64,000 bases of DNA. Origin: Anaeromyxobacter sp. Lineage in GTDB: Bacteria > Myxococcota > Myxococcia > Myxococcales > Anaeromyxobacteraceae. The stretch covers positions 192,001-256,000 of the forward strand of contig JASGJN010000021.1 in NCBI GenBank assembly GCA_049840735.1, given 5' to 3'. Shown here piece by piece: positions 30,650-42,515 of the stretch. How positions within the stretch are numbered: the stretch's first letter is position 1; every line of letters starts with the position of its first letter. Below the pieces are notes generated by a model that saw nothing but the letters and a program-made list of their open reading frames with translations, was not told where the DNA came from and searched no databases. A program made the translations under genes and the position numbers.

Positions 30650-31293
30650 GCCGTCCGTTCCTGCTGGTGTACGGCTCTGGCGGCCACGGAAAGGTGGTCG
30701 CGGACGTGGCCGAGCTCGCCGGCTTCGAGGTGGTCGGGTTCCTGGACGACGCCGAGGCGAGGCAAGGTACGCAGATATGGGACCTCCCGGTGCTCTCGCT
30801 CGACGCGGCGCTCCGTGAACAATCCCGCTGGCCGGGCGTCTCGGTGGCGCTCGGGGTGGGCGACAACGCCGCCCGCGAGCGGTGCGCCAGCCGCGCCGCC
30901 GAGGCAGGGCTCCCCATCGTCACCCTGGTGCACCCGCGCGCCAACGTCGCGCGGCGCGTCAAGCTCGGCGAGGGCGTGGTGGTCATGTCCGGCGCCAGCA
31001 TCAACCCGGACGCGCGCCTCGGGGCGGGCTGCATCGTCAACACCGGCGCGGTGGTCGAGCACGACTGCTGGCTGGGAGACTTCGTCCACCTGTCACCCAA
31101 CGCCGCGCTCGGCGGCGCGGTGGTGATCGGCGATCGCGCCCACCTCGGGTTGGGAGCCGTCGTCCTGCCCGGCCTGAGGGTCGGCGCGAACAGCCGGGTC
31201 GGCGCCGGCGCGGCCGTGATCCGCAACGTCTCGGAAGGCGCCACGGCGGTGGGAGTCCCCGCCCAGTCCGCGGCCAAGGTGCGCAGCGCGTGA
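30646..31293 (+). CDS. Sugar N/O-acetyltransferase (PglD/NeuD-like, hexapeptide repeats)
   Basis: GSGGHGKVV, GVGDNAAR, VNTGAVVEHDC and GVPA motifs. Confidence 0.9.
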   Translation: MSRPFLLVYGSGGHGKVVADVAELAGFEVVGFLDDAEARQGTQIWDLPVLSLDAALREQSRWPGVSVALGVGDNAARERCASRAAEAGLPIVTLVHPRANVARRVKLGEGVVVMSGASINPDARLGAGCIVNTGAVVEHDCWLGDFVHLSPNAALGGAVVIGDRAHLGLGAVVLPGLRVGANSRVGAGAAVIRNVSEGATAVGVPAQSAAKVRSA

Positions 31294-32414
31294 AACGCAT
31301 CTACCTGTCGGTGCCGCACATGGGCGGTCGCGAGGAGCAGTACGTCGGCGAGGCGTTCGCCTCCAACTGGCTCTCCACCGTCGGCCCCAACCTCGAGGCC
31401 TTCGAGCGCTCGTTCGAGGAGCGCCTCGGCATCCCGGCGGTGGCGCTGGGCAGCGGCACGGCGGCGCTGCACCTCGCCTTGCGCCTCCTGGAGGTCGGCC
31501 CGGGTGACGAGGTGGTCTGCCCGACGCTTACCTTCGTGGCCAGCGTGAACCCGGTCCGCTACCTGGGGGCGGAGCCCGTCTTCATCGACAGCGACCCGGC
31601 CACCTGGATGATGGATCCGCGCCTGCTCGACGAGGCGCTGGCCCGCAAGGCGGCCGCCGGACGGCTGCCCAAGGCCGTGATCGTGGTCCACCTCTACGGC
31701 CAGTCCGCCGACATGGATCCGATCCTGGCCTCCTGCGCCCGCCATGGCGTGCCCGTCATCGAGGACGCGGCCGAGGCCCTCGGGACCACGTACAAGGGCC
31801 GGCCGGCGGGGAGCCTGGGCGCGCTGGGGATCTTCTCCTTCAACGGGAACAAGATCATCACCACCACCGGCGGCGGCATGCTGGCGAGCCCGCGGCGGGA
31901 CTGGGTGGACAAGGCGCGGTTCTGGTCCCAGCAGGCGCGCGACCCGGGCGTCGCCTACGAGCACACGGAGATGGGCTACAACTACCGCCTCTCCAACGTG
32001 CTCGCCGGGATCGGGCGGGGCCAGCTGGAGGTGCTGGACGACCGCGTCGCCCAGCGGCGCGCGGTGGCCTTCCGCTACCGGGACGCCTTCGCAGACGTGC
32101 CCGGCCTGGGCTTCATGCCCCAGGCCCCCTACGGCCTCCACACCAACTGGCTCTCCTGCTTCCTGGTCGACGAGGCCAGGTTCGGCGCTTCGCGCGACGA
32201 CATCATCGCGGCGCTGAGCGCCCGCAACATCGAGTCCCGCCCGCTCTGGAAGCCCATGCACCTGCAGCCGCTCTATGCGGCGGCAGAGCGGTTCGGCGGC
32301 GACGTCGCGGCCGACCTCTTCCGGCGCGGGCTCTGTCTCCCGAGCTCCAGCAGCCTCTCGGACGAGGAGCAGCAGCTCGTCATCTCCATCGTGCGTGGGT
32401 GCGCCGCGCGCTGA
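31290..32414 (+). CDS. DegT/DnrJ-family aminotransferase (PglE-like)
   Basis: IYLSVPHM, SGTAALHLAL, EDAAEALG, SFNGNKIITTTGGG and GYNYRLSN motifs. Confidence 0.92.
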   Translation: MKRIYLSVPHMGGREEQYVGEAFASNWLSTVGPNLEAFERSFEERLGIPAVALGSGTAALHLALRLLEVGPGDEVVCPTLTFVASVNPVRYLGAEPVFIDSDPATWMMDPRLLDEALARKAAAGRLPKAVIVVHLYGQSADMDPILASCARHGVPVIEDAAEALGTTYKGRPAGSLGALGIFSFNGNKIITTTGGGMLASPRRDWVDKARFWSQQARDPGVAYEHTEMGYNYRLSNVLAGIGRGQLEVLDDRVAQRRAVAFRYRDAFADVPGLGFMPQAPYGLHTNWLSCFLVDEARFGASRDDIIAALSARNIESRPLWKPMHLQPLYAAAERFGGDVAADLFRRGLCLPSSSSLSDEEQQLVISIVRGCAAR

Positions 32415-32420
32415 GGACGC

Positions 32421-33524
32421 ATGAAGATCATCCACGTGGTCGGCGCCCGGCCGAACTTCATGAAGATCGCGCCGGTGATGAAGGCCATCGCCGCGGCCGG
32501 CTTCGCCGAGCAGAAGCTCGTGCACACCGGGCAGCACTACGACGTCGCCATGTCGGACGTCTTCTTCACCGACCTGGGCATGCCGGTCCCAGACCTCCAC
32601 CTCGGGGTCGGGTCCGGCTCGCACGCGGAGCAGACGGCCAAGGTGATGGTTGGGTTCGAGCGGATCTGCCTCGACGAGCGGCCGGACCTGGTGGTGGTGG
32701 CCGGGGACGTCAACTCGACCCTGGCCTGCGCCATCGACTGCGCCAAGCTGCGGATCCCCTGCGCGCACGTCGAGGCCGGCCTGCGGTCGTTCGATCCCGA
32801 CATGCCGGAGGAGGTGAACCGCATCGTCACCGACCGGCTCTGCGAGATCCTGCTCACGCCCTCCTCCGACGGCGACGAGAACCTGCGCCGCGAGGGGACG
32901 CAGGAGGACCGCATCTTCCGGGTCGGGAACGTGATGATCGACACGCTCCTCGCGCACCTGCCGCGGGCGCGCGCCACGCAGAGCCCCACAAGGCTCGGCC
33001 TCTCTCCTGGCGAGTACGCCGTCCTGACCCTCCACCGTCCGTCCAACGTGGACTCGCCCGCGACGCTGGCGGGCCTGCTCGGCGCCATCGAGCGCATCCA
33101 GGCCGAGCTCCCGGTCGTGTTCCCGGTGCATCCCAGGACCCGCAAGCGCATGTCGGAGTCCGGGCTCGACGGCCGCCTGGAGGCGATGAAGGCGCTCCGG
33201 CTGTGCGAGCCGCTCGGCTACCTCGAGTTCCTGGGGCTCACCTCCCAGGCCAAGCTGGTGCTGACCGACTCCGGTGGACTGCAGGAGGAGACCACCGCGC
33301 TCGGGATCCCGTGTCTCACCATCCGCGAGAACACGGAGCGGCCCGTCACCATCACCGAGGGCACCAACACACTCGTAGGGGTGGACCCGGGGCGGATCGT
33401 GGCCGAGGCGCAGGCGGTGCTGTCCGGCGGCGGCAAGGCAGGCCGCGTTCCAGCGCTCTGGGATGGACGGGCCAGCGAGCGGATCGCGACCGTCCTGCGG
33501 ACGTGGCTCGAGGCGAGACATTGA
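32421..33524 (+). CDS. wecB: UDP-N-acetylhexosamine 2-epimerase (non-hydrolysing)
   Basis: VGARPNFMK, HTGQHYD, HVEAGLRS, TDSGGLQEE and TERP motifs. Confidence 0.9.
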   Translation: MKIIHVVGARPNFMKIAPVMKAIAAAGFAEQKLVHTGQHYDVAMSDVFFTDLGMPVPDLHLGVGSGSHAEQTAKVMVGFERICLDERPDLVVVAGDVNSTLACAIDCAKLRIPCAHVEAGLRSFDPDMPEEVNRIVTDRLCEILLTPSSDGDENLRREGTQEDRIFRVGNVMIDTLLAHLPRARATQSPTRLGLSPGEYAVLTLHRPSNVDSPATLAGLLGAIERIQAELPVVFPVHPRTRKRMSESGLDGRLEAMKALRLCEPLGYLEFLGLTSQAKLVLTDSGGLQEETTALGIPCLTIRENTERPVTITEGTNTLVGVDPGRIVAEAQAVLSGGGKAGRVPALWDGRASERIATVLRTWLEARH

Positions 33525-33618
33525 TCCCCGGCAAGTGGCCGGGGCATTCCTGGGCAACCTGGGTATGGTGGAACCCTCACTTCTGTAAGTGAAGGGTCTC
33601 TGGTACTGATCGCGCCTC

Positions 33619-35526
<1,908 letters not shown>

Positions 35527-35562
35527 CCTGACCAGCCTCGAGCGGAACGCGATCGGGGCTGG

Positions 35563-35674
35563 GCTTCGACTCCGCGAGCGCTGCGGGCTCGCTACGCCCT
35601 CGCTACGCCCAGCCCGAACGGAAGCCCGTTCGCCCTGAGCGTAGCCCCGGTGTGAGCCGCGGCGGAGTCGAAGC
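35563..35674. repeat. Palindromic repeat, inverted dimer (locus A)
   Basis: Left arm GCTTCGACTCCGC...GCTACGCCCAGCCCGAACGG (35563-35621). Inverted right arm CCGTTCGCCCTGAGCGTAGC...GCGGAGTCGAAGC (35626-35674). Confidence 0.85.
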
Positions 35675-35996
35675 GCGGCGGAAGGCAGCCTGGAGCGTGA
35701 GCATGGGTCGCACTCCGGTGTGGAGGAGTGCGCGTGATCGTTTGCGCGGGTGCGGCAAAGGTTCACGCCGGGTTTCTCCCGATGGACCTCCGCGGGGCTA
35801 TGCGCTACGACGTGCCCCGGGGAAGCACCAATAGAACCTGTTGGGTGCGACAAACCGGTGGGCCAGGGGCCCTTCCGAGTTGGCGCCCCCGCTGTGTCGA
35901 ATCGATCGCCGGCGATGCCGCCGGCCCGAACCTGCCCGGGGGGGACAGGATGAGCCTCATGGTGGAAGTGCGGTGCGACGCGCGGCGGGAGACGCC

Positions 35997-37472
35997 GTGA
36001 GCGCCTCCTTGATTGCCTTCATCTCCGCGGCGGCCATCGGTACGGCCCTGACGCCCGCGATCCGCGATCTCGCCCATCGCTGCGGCTGGCTCGACCACGC
36101 CCTGACGTCGCGGAAGATCCACGGCAAGCCGATCCCGCGCCTGGGCGGCGTGGGGATCGTCCTCGCGTTCTTCATGTCCCTCGGCGCCATGCTGGTCTTC
36201 GACGCCGACGTGGCCGGCCGGTTCTTCGCCCAGCCGGGCAAGGCGTTTGGCCTCTTCGCGGGTGGTCTCGGGATCGCCGCCCTGGGGATCGTGGACGACG
36301 TCCGCGGCGTTCGCGCGCGCCACAAGTTCCTGGTCCAGCTCGCCATGGCGGCGCTGGTGTACGCCCTGGGCTACCGGATCGACCAGATCGCCAATCCGTT
36401 CGGCCCGCCCATCCCGCTGGGCCTGCTGGGCCTCCCCTTCACCGTCTTCTGGATCACCGGCGTCATCAACGCCCTCAACCTGATCGACGGCCTCGATGGA
36501 CTGGCCGGTGGTGTGGCCCTGATGGCCGTCGGGACCATCTTCGCCGTGGCCACCGGGGCCGGTGAGCCGCTGATGATGCTGTTCGCCGCGGCCCTCGGCG
36601 GCGCGGTGCTCGGCTTCCTGTTCTTCAACTTCAACCCCGCGTCCATCTTCATGGGCGACACCGGCAGCATGTTCCTGGGGTTCATCCTGGCCACCACCAG
36701 CATCGCGACCAACACCAAGTCCGCGACCGGTGGCATCGCCCTGGTGATCCCCATCGTGGCGCTCGGGCTGCCGATCGGCGACACGCTGCTGGCCATGGGC
36801 CGGCGCGCTGTCCGGGGCGTCCCGGTGTTCACGCCGGACCGGGGTCACATCCACCATCGGCTGCTCGACCGCGGCCTCTCGCACCGCCAGGCGGTCCTGA
36901 CCCTGTATGCCGTCTCCCTCACGCTCGGCCTCGGCTCGGTGTCGCTCGCCTGGCTGCCTGGCCGCGTCGCGCCGGTGATCCTGGCCGCGCTCGGTCTCGC
37001 CGGCTTCGCCTTCCTGCGCTGGCTCGGGTTCTTCGATCACCGCGCAACCAAGGCGCTGCTCGAGCAGCGGCGCCGCAACCTGGAGCTCCGGGCCGCGCTG
37101 CGCGAGATCGCGGAGTCGCTGGAGTACGCCGAGACGCCCGGCGAGGTCTGGGGCGAGCTGCAGCGCGCCGCCAAGCCGCTGGGCGCATCCGCCATCGCCC
37201 TGCGCCTGGAGGACATGGACGGAGAGGGCAGCGAGTTCTCCGTCGGATTCGAGAACGGGCACGCGGGGCTCCTGCACGCCCGCTTCGGACTCAACGTGGA
37301 GCGGCCCGGAAGCCGGCGCATCGAGCTGGGCTGGACGGATGGGCGCCGGAGCCTCGATCGCGATACGGAGAGCGCGATCGAGCAGCTGTCGGATGACGTG
37401 GCGGGCGCGATCGAGCGGATCGAGAAGGCGCAGGACGAGCGGCGTCGCTTCTCCCTGCGCCTCGTCGGCTGA
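35997..37472 (+). CDS. wecA: WecA-like undecaprenyl-phosphate GlcNAc-1-P transferase with a soluble C-terminal extension
   Basis: RKIH...PRLGG, GIVDD, NALNLIDGLDGLA, FNFNPASIFMGDTGS and DRGHIHHRL motifs. Confidence 0.9.
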   Translation: MSASLIAFISAAAIGTALTPAIRDLAHRCGWLDHALTSRKIHGKPIPRLGGVGIVLAFFMSLGAMLVFDADVAGRFFAQPGKAFGLFAGGLGIAALGIVDDVRGVRARHKFLVQLAMAALVYALGYRIDQIANPFGPPIPLGLLGLPFTVFWITGVINALNLIDGLDGLAGGVALMAVGTIFAVATGAGEPLMMLFAAALGGAVLGFLFFNFNPASIFMGDTGSMFLGFILATTSIATNTKSATGGIALVIPIVALGLPIGDTLLAMGRRAVRGVPVFTPDRGHIHHRLLDRGLSHRQAVLTLYAVSLTLGLGSVSLAWLPGRVAPVILAALGLAGFAFLRWLGFFDHRATKALLEQRRRNLELRAALREIAESLEYAETPGEVWGELQRAAKPLGASAIALRLEDMDGEGSEFSVGFENGHAGLLHARFGLNVERPGSRRIELGWTDGRRSLDRDTESAIEQLSDDVAGAIERIEKAQDERRRFSLRLVG

Positions 37473-37623
37473 CGGCCAACGGCGTCGAAGGGTCCGTCCT
37501 CCTTCACTGTTCCGCGTTGGCGAGTACCACGCGTCATGTGGTACACAGCACGTGCGTCCGGGAGACCTCGGTGGGACCCCTCTCGTTCGGAGGGCCGACG
37601 CGACCTCGCCAGGAGTAGCCCCC

Positions 37624-39201
37624 ATGCGGATCACGGTGTCTTCGCGTGCGCTCGCGCTGTTCATGAGCGTGCAGCCCATCTGGTGGATGCCGGCTGCTGC
37701 GTTCGCTCAGACGATCGGCGAGGGCACTGCCCGCGAGTCCGCGGACAGGGCACCATTCAGTGGGAGATCCACAGGCGAACAGGGCCTCCCCCCCGACGAG
37801 TTCTCCCGTGATGAGCTGAGCCCGCCTGCGCAAAGCTCGGCGCTGCCGGAGCAGAGCGCGCCGGTCGCGATCGACGAGCCCCTGGACCCGAACAAGTACG
37901 TTCTAGGCCATGGCGATGTCCTGGAGTTGAACTTCTGGGGCGTCCAGAACGTCACCTTGCGTGCCGTGGTGGATCTCGAAGGTCGGCTCTTCATTCCGAA
38001 GGTCGGCTATTTCAAGGTGGGCGGGCGCACCCTGACGGCCGCGAGGACCCAGCTCACATCCGCGGTCGCGCGCTACTACCGCCTCACGTTCGACATGTCG
38101 GTGGCCCAGCCGAGAGCCTTTCTCGTGCAGGTGGTCGGCGCGGTGCGCCACCCGGGGGCCTACTCCGCCAGGGCGGTCGAGCGCGTCTCGGTGGCACTTC
38201 GGAAGGCCGGTGGACTCGGAGAGCGGGCCTCCTCGCGGCGGATCGAGATCCAGCACCGCGATGGCTCGCTCGGCACGGCTGATTTGCAGTTGTTCCAGCA
38301 GTCCGGTGACGTGAAGTACGACCCCTACTTGCTGGACGGGGACGTGGTCCGGGTTCCGTTCGAGGACCTCGTCGTCGAGGTGTCGGGCGCGGTGAACAGG
38401 CCGGGCCGGTACGAACTGGTGGGATCGCGTGACATGAAGGAGCTCACCGACCTCGCCGGCGGGGTCTCCTCGGGTGCAACGGAAGCACTGCCCGTGCAGC
38501 TCATCCGTCGCGGACCAGACGACCGCCAAAACCTCACCTCGGTCTACATGAAGGATGGTTGGGCATCCACCCCGCTGGAGCGTGAGGACCGCGTGAAGGT
38601 TCCCAGCTTCCAGGACGTCCAGCAATCCGTCCTCGTGGTTGGAGCCATCGGGAACGCAGCCACGATCGAGGACGCCGCGGCGAGCCGACGGCTCTCCTTC
38701 GTCCAGGGAGACACGGTGGGTTCCCTGATCGAGCGCGCGGGAGGTGCCGGTCCGCAGGCCGACCTCGCCACCGCTTACGTGATCAGGGGCTCCCGCGTGG
38801 TCCCCGTGAACCTGTTCGCCCTGATCCTGGAGGGGAACCGGTCCGCGGACCAGCAGGTCGAGCTCGGAGACACCGTCGTCGTCCCCTTCCGGCGTCGCGG
38901 CGTCCTCGTCGAGGGCGCGGTGTTCGCGCCCGGGACCTATCCGTACAACCCGAGCTTCAAGGTGCCCGAGTATCTCGCCCTCGCGGGTGGGCCGAACCGG
39001 TTTGCCCAGGACCTCGAGTCGGTGAGGTTGGTGTCGCCGACCGGCGAGATGAAGCCCTACAGCCCCGGTTTGACGGTCGAGCCGGGATCGGCCCTGGTGG
39101 TCCCGGAGCGAAACTTCTCCCGTGCGGAGATCGTGCAGATCGGTCTCAGCGTCGCGGGAATCCTGCTCAGCGGTGTTGCGGTTGTACTCGCGGTGAGATG
39201 A
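37624..39201 (+). CDS. Polysaccharide export protein with multiple SLBB domains (OPX, Wza/KpsD-like)
   Basis: YVLGHGDVL Poly_export motif, repeated V.V.GAV..PG SLBB units and a C-terminal hydrophobic helix. Start uncertain. Confidence 0.82.
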   Translation: MRITVSSRALALFMSVQPIWWMPAAAFAQTIGEGTARESADRAPFSGRSTGEQGLPPDEFSRDELSPPAQSSALPEQSAPVAIDEPLDPNKYVLGHGDVLELNFWGVQNVTLRAVVDLEGRLFIPKVGYFKVGGRTLTAARTQLTSAVARYYRLTFDMSVAQPRAFLVQVVGAVRHPGAYSARAVERVSVALRKAGGLGERASSRRIEIQHRDGSLGTADLQLFQQSGDVKYDPYLLDGDVVRVPFEDLVVEVSGAVNRPGRYELVGSRDMKELTDLAGGVSSGATEALPVQLIRRGPDDRQNLTSVYMKDGWASTPLEREDRVKVPSFQDVQQSVLVVGAIGNAATIEDAAASRRLSFVQGDTVGSLIERAGGAGPQADLATAYVIRGSRVVPVNLFALILEGNRSADQQVELGDTVVVPFRRRGVLVEGAVFAPGTYPYNPSFKVPEYLALAGGPNRFAQDLESVRLVSPTGEMKPYSPGLTVEPGSALVVPERNFSRAEIVQIGLSVAGILLSGVAVVLAVR

Positions 39202-39217
39202 GCAGCCTGGCGCGGTA

Positions 39218-41252
39218 GTGGTCCGCGGTGGATCCCGGCGCGCGCGGGTTCTTCCTTCCTGCGTGCACTCGCCGGCAGCTTGGACTGTGCACCGTGTCAC
39301 GGGCGGTCGCCCATCCAGCGGGGGTGTTGAGCCCGAGTCGAAGCGGCCAAGGCCGACCGGGACGCATCGGGTGTTGATCGGCGCCGCCGTCCTGACCCTC
39401 TTCCTGGTTTCGCCCATAGTGAAGCTGCCCGTCACGGTATGCGGGGCGGTGCCGTACTGCAAGCTGGAGGCTGGCCGCGGCGAACAGGGTCGGGGGCGCT
39501 CGGGCCCGCCACCGCGAACGCAGTCCCGAAGCCCCGTGCCGAAGGGCTCGCGAGGTGCGCTCCCGGAGGACGCGAATGGGCGTACGGGCCTTGACGATCC
39601 GTGGCGGGGCTCCGATGCCACCCAGCCGGCGAGCCAGCTGCCTGACGACGGCTGGGCGCTGCAGGGGACCTTCGCCGTCAAGGGGGTGGTGAGCCACTCC
39701 ATCCCCAGGGTCCAGTTCGTCCCGGTTGCGCGGGTGGGTGGCGACTCCACCCCGGACGCGCTGGATGCGTCCACGGGTGAGCTCGCGCGGCCCATCGGGA
39801 GCGGCATCGACGTCCGCTCACTCGGTGCCCGGGGAAATGGCGAGGCAGACGACACCTCGCCCATCCAGGAAGCCATCAACGCGGCCTCGTTCTCCCCGAC
39901 AAAGATCGTCTACATCCCAGCTGGAACCTACAGGTACGAGCGCCTGTACCTCTTCCACGATCCCGAGCTGAACCCGGGCTTCAACCAGGAGCGATCGGGA
40001 GAGATCACGCTCCAAGGCGAGGGGATCTCGCCGGAGAACGGCGGGACGGGCGGAACGGTCCTGCGCACGAGGGTTCGATCCGGAAGCGGCCTCATCGTGA
40101 GCCCGCAGCGCGCTGATGCCACTCCGTATGCCGCGCGCGACTTCACCGCACGTGGAATCAGCTTCGAGGGGGCGACGGACGGCTTCCTGGTCGAGGCGGC
40201 TGGCGTGCCGAGCGCACGATTCGTGGAGTGCCAGTTCGTGCAGGAGAACGCTGCGGGCTCCGCGCTCTACCTGTCCACCGCCTACTTCGGTGCGCTGGAG
40301 CACTGTCGATTCCGCAACACGGCGACCGGAGTGAAGACCGGGGCCGCTGTCCAGTTCGGCACTTCCGCGTTCGCTGGGCTCTTCCGGATCGCGGACTCCA
40401 ACATCGCCGGCTACGCTTACGGACTGCGTCACACGACCGGTGGCTGGCAGAACATGACCATCCGGTCGTCCGAGGTCGTCGGCTCGCGCTACGGCGTGTT
40501 CGTCGAGGCAAACGCCTCCATCGATCTCCTCACGCTGGATGACGTCTACTTCGAGGGCGAGGCCACCTCCTTCGTCGCGGAGGCGCCAGGGGCGCAGCGG
40601 ATCAGGAACCTGATCGTCAACGGGCTCTGGGCGCTTGGCGCGAGCCTCACGGGCCCGGCCATCGCGCTGAACGCGCCCAACTCGAATCGTGCTCCAGGGC
40701 ATCAACGCCCAGGATCAGGACACGCCCTTTCTCCACATCGGCGCAGTTCCGGAGGGCGGGCGGGCCGGGTACATGGTGTCCAGCGCGAACTTCCCGAGGA
40801 CGCGCGGAGCGGAGGCGCCCGTCGTCCTCTTCACGGGCATCATCCCGGTCATCAACGGCGTGGACTACGCGAGCGCCGATCCCCGCGTTGCGCTCTACGG
40901 GCCGAGCGCGCGGCCCATCGAGTTCCAGTCGAGCTTCGCAGGAAGCTCGCAGATCACCACCGGGCGCCTGAACCTCTCACACCTGGCGACCTTCCCTGAC
41001 GCGAGCGGCGTCATCCGACACGCTTCGGCAGGTTACCCGGGCGCGGTCGTCATCACCGCCAAGGGACCGGTCACCTTCCTGCTCCCGGACGCAGGGGTGC
41101 CGCAGGGCTTTGGCGTGTACGTCAAGAGCGGGTTGCAGGGTTCGGCCACAGTCGAGGTCAGGAACCAGGGCGACGAACTCCCGCTTGCCCTGCTGCGGCC
41201 GGGGGAGGCGCAGTGGTTCTTCTTCGACGGTGAACGAGGCTCCTGGATGTAG
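39218..41252 (+). CDS. Right-handed beta-helix protein (pectate_lyase_3-like); +1 frameshift near 40685
   Basis: DVRSLGARGNGEADDTSPIQEAINAA...VYIPAGTY. Removing one A from GAATC at 40684-40688 joins the 40689-41252 frame. Start uncertain (39218 to ~39690). Confidence 0.7.
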
Positions 41253-41409
41253 CAGGGGTACCCCCAGGCACTCCTGGAGTGCGGCTACGCGCCTCCTCGA
41301 CGCAGCGCCATCCGCCGGGATAGACTCGGAAATTGCTGCGGTAACTCCGGGTGGGACGCACGGGAAGGGGTTCCGCGGCCAGCCGCCACGTACCAGCGCG
41401 GGAACAGCC

Positions 41410-42507
41410 TTGAAGAAGAATCAGATCGTCATCGCGGGCTCCGCAGGTGTCCCCGCGAGGTACGGCGGGTTCGAGACGCTCGCCGCTTGCCTCTGCGAGC
41501 GCCTCGGTCCCGTCGCGCCCAGCACGCGATTCGCAGTCTACTGCAGCAGCGGACTCTACCCTGAGCGCTCGCGCGACTACTTCGGTGCGGAGCTGCGCTA
41601 CATGCCGCTCCGGCCAACGGGCTGGCAGAGCATGCTGTACGACGCTGTCTCCATGATCCACGCGCTGATGCGGCGCGCGGACACCATCCTCCTGCTCGGG
41701 GTGTCTGGCGCCTTCATTCTGCCCCTGATCCGCCTCGTCTCGAACGTCCGCATCGTGACGAACGTGGACGGTCTCGAGTCGCGCCGGAAGAAGTGGGGTC
41801 CAGTCGCGCGCTGGCTCCTGCGTGCGCTGGAGTGGTGCGCCGTTCGCTTCTCGCATGTCGTGATCGCCGACAACGAGGGGATCCGGGAGCACCTGGCCGC
41901 GACGTACGGAGCCAGTGGAGCCCTCGTGATCGCCTACGGTGGCGACCACCTGGCTGCAGAGCACGCGGCGGCGGATGCGCCGCTCGAGGCGCCATACGCG
42001 CTGGTCCTTGCCCGGATCGAGCCCGAGAACAACATCCACCAGATCCTCGAGGCCTTCGAGGATCAGGCGCTCCAGGATCGGATGACGCTCGTCGCGATCG
42101 GGAACTGGGATGCGAGCGACTACGGGAGGAACCTCCGCCAGCGCTACGGGTGCCGGAGGGGGTACGCGCTGCTCGACCCCGTCTACGATCGCGACAAGGT
42201 GCGCGCGTACCGGTCACATGCCCGCTGCTACATCCACGGTCACTCTGCTGGCGGGACGAATCCGTCACTCGTGGAGGCCATGTTCTTCCCGGTTCCGATC
42301 GTGGCGTACGAGTGCACGTTCAATCGGCACACGATGGAAGGCCAGGGGGCCTACTTCGCGGACGCGACGGCGCTGAACGCGTGGCTGCGGAGGCTCGCGA
42401 TGGACGGAGGAAGCGCCGAGACGTCCGGGGTCATGAAGCTCGCAGCCGAGCGTTACACCTGGAGCCGGATCGCGGCCGAGTACGCGCGCGTGCTCGCGGC
42501 GAGGTGA
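41410..42507 (+). CDS. Glycosyltransferase, DUF1972/RgpA-like GT4
   Basis: GVPARYGGFET, NVDGLE, ARIEPENN and HGHSAGGTNPSLVEAM motifs. Confidence 0.9.
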   Translation: MKKNQIVIAGSAGVPARYGGFETLAACLCERLGPVAPSTRFAVYCSSGLYPERSRDYFGAELRYMPLRPTGWQSMLYDAVSMIHALMRRADTILLLGVSGAFILPLIRLVSNVRIVTNVDGLESRRKKWGPVARWLLRALEWCAVRFSHVVIADNEGIREHLAATYGASGALVIAYGGDHLAAEHAAADAPLEAPYALVLARIEPENNIHQILEAFEDQALQDRMTLVAIGNWDASDYGRNLRQRYGCRRGYALLDPVYDRDKVRAYRSHARCYIHGHSAGGTNPSLVEAMFFPVPIVAYECTFNRHTMEGQGAYFADATALNAWLRRLAMDGGSAETSGVMKLAAERYTWSRIAAEYARVLAAR

Positions 42508-42515
42508 GCACGAAC

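Noticed and set aside
33526..33544. Intrinsic terminator after the first wecB (CCCCGGC/GCCGGGG)
   Set aside because: The 7-bp stem has no U-tract and could occur by chance at this GC content.
37471..37498. GACGG...GTCGAAGGGTCCGTC after wecA as another repeat copy
   Set aside because: Only 9 nt match the arm end, and the other flank and the stem are missing.
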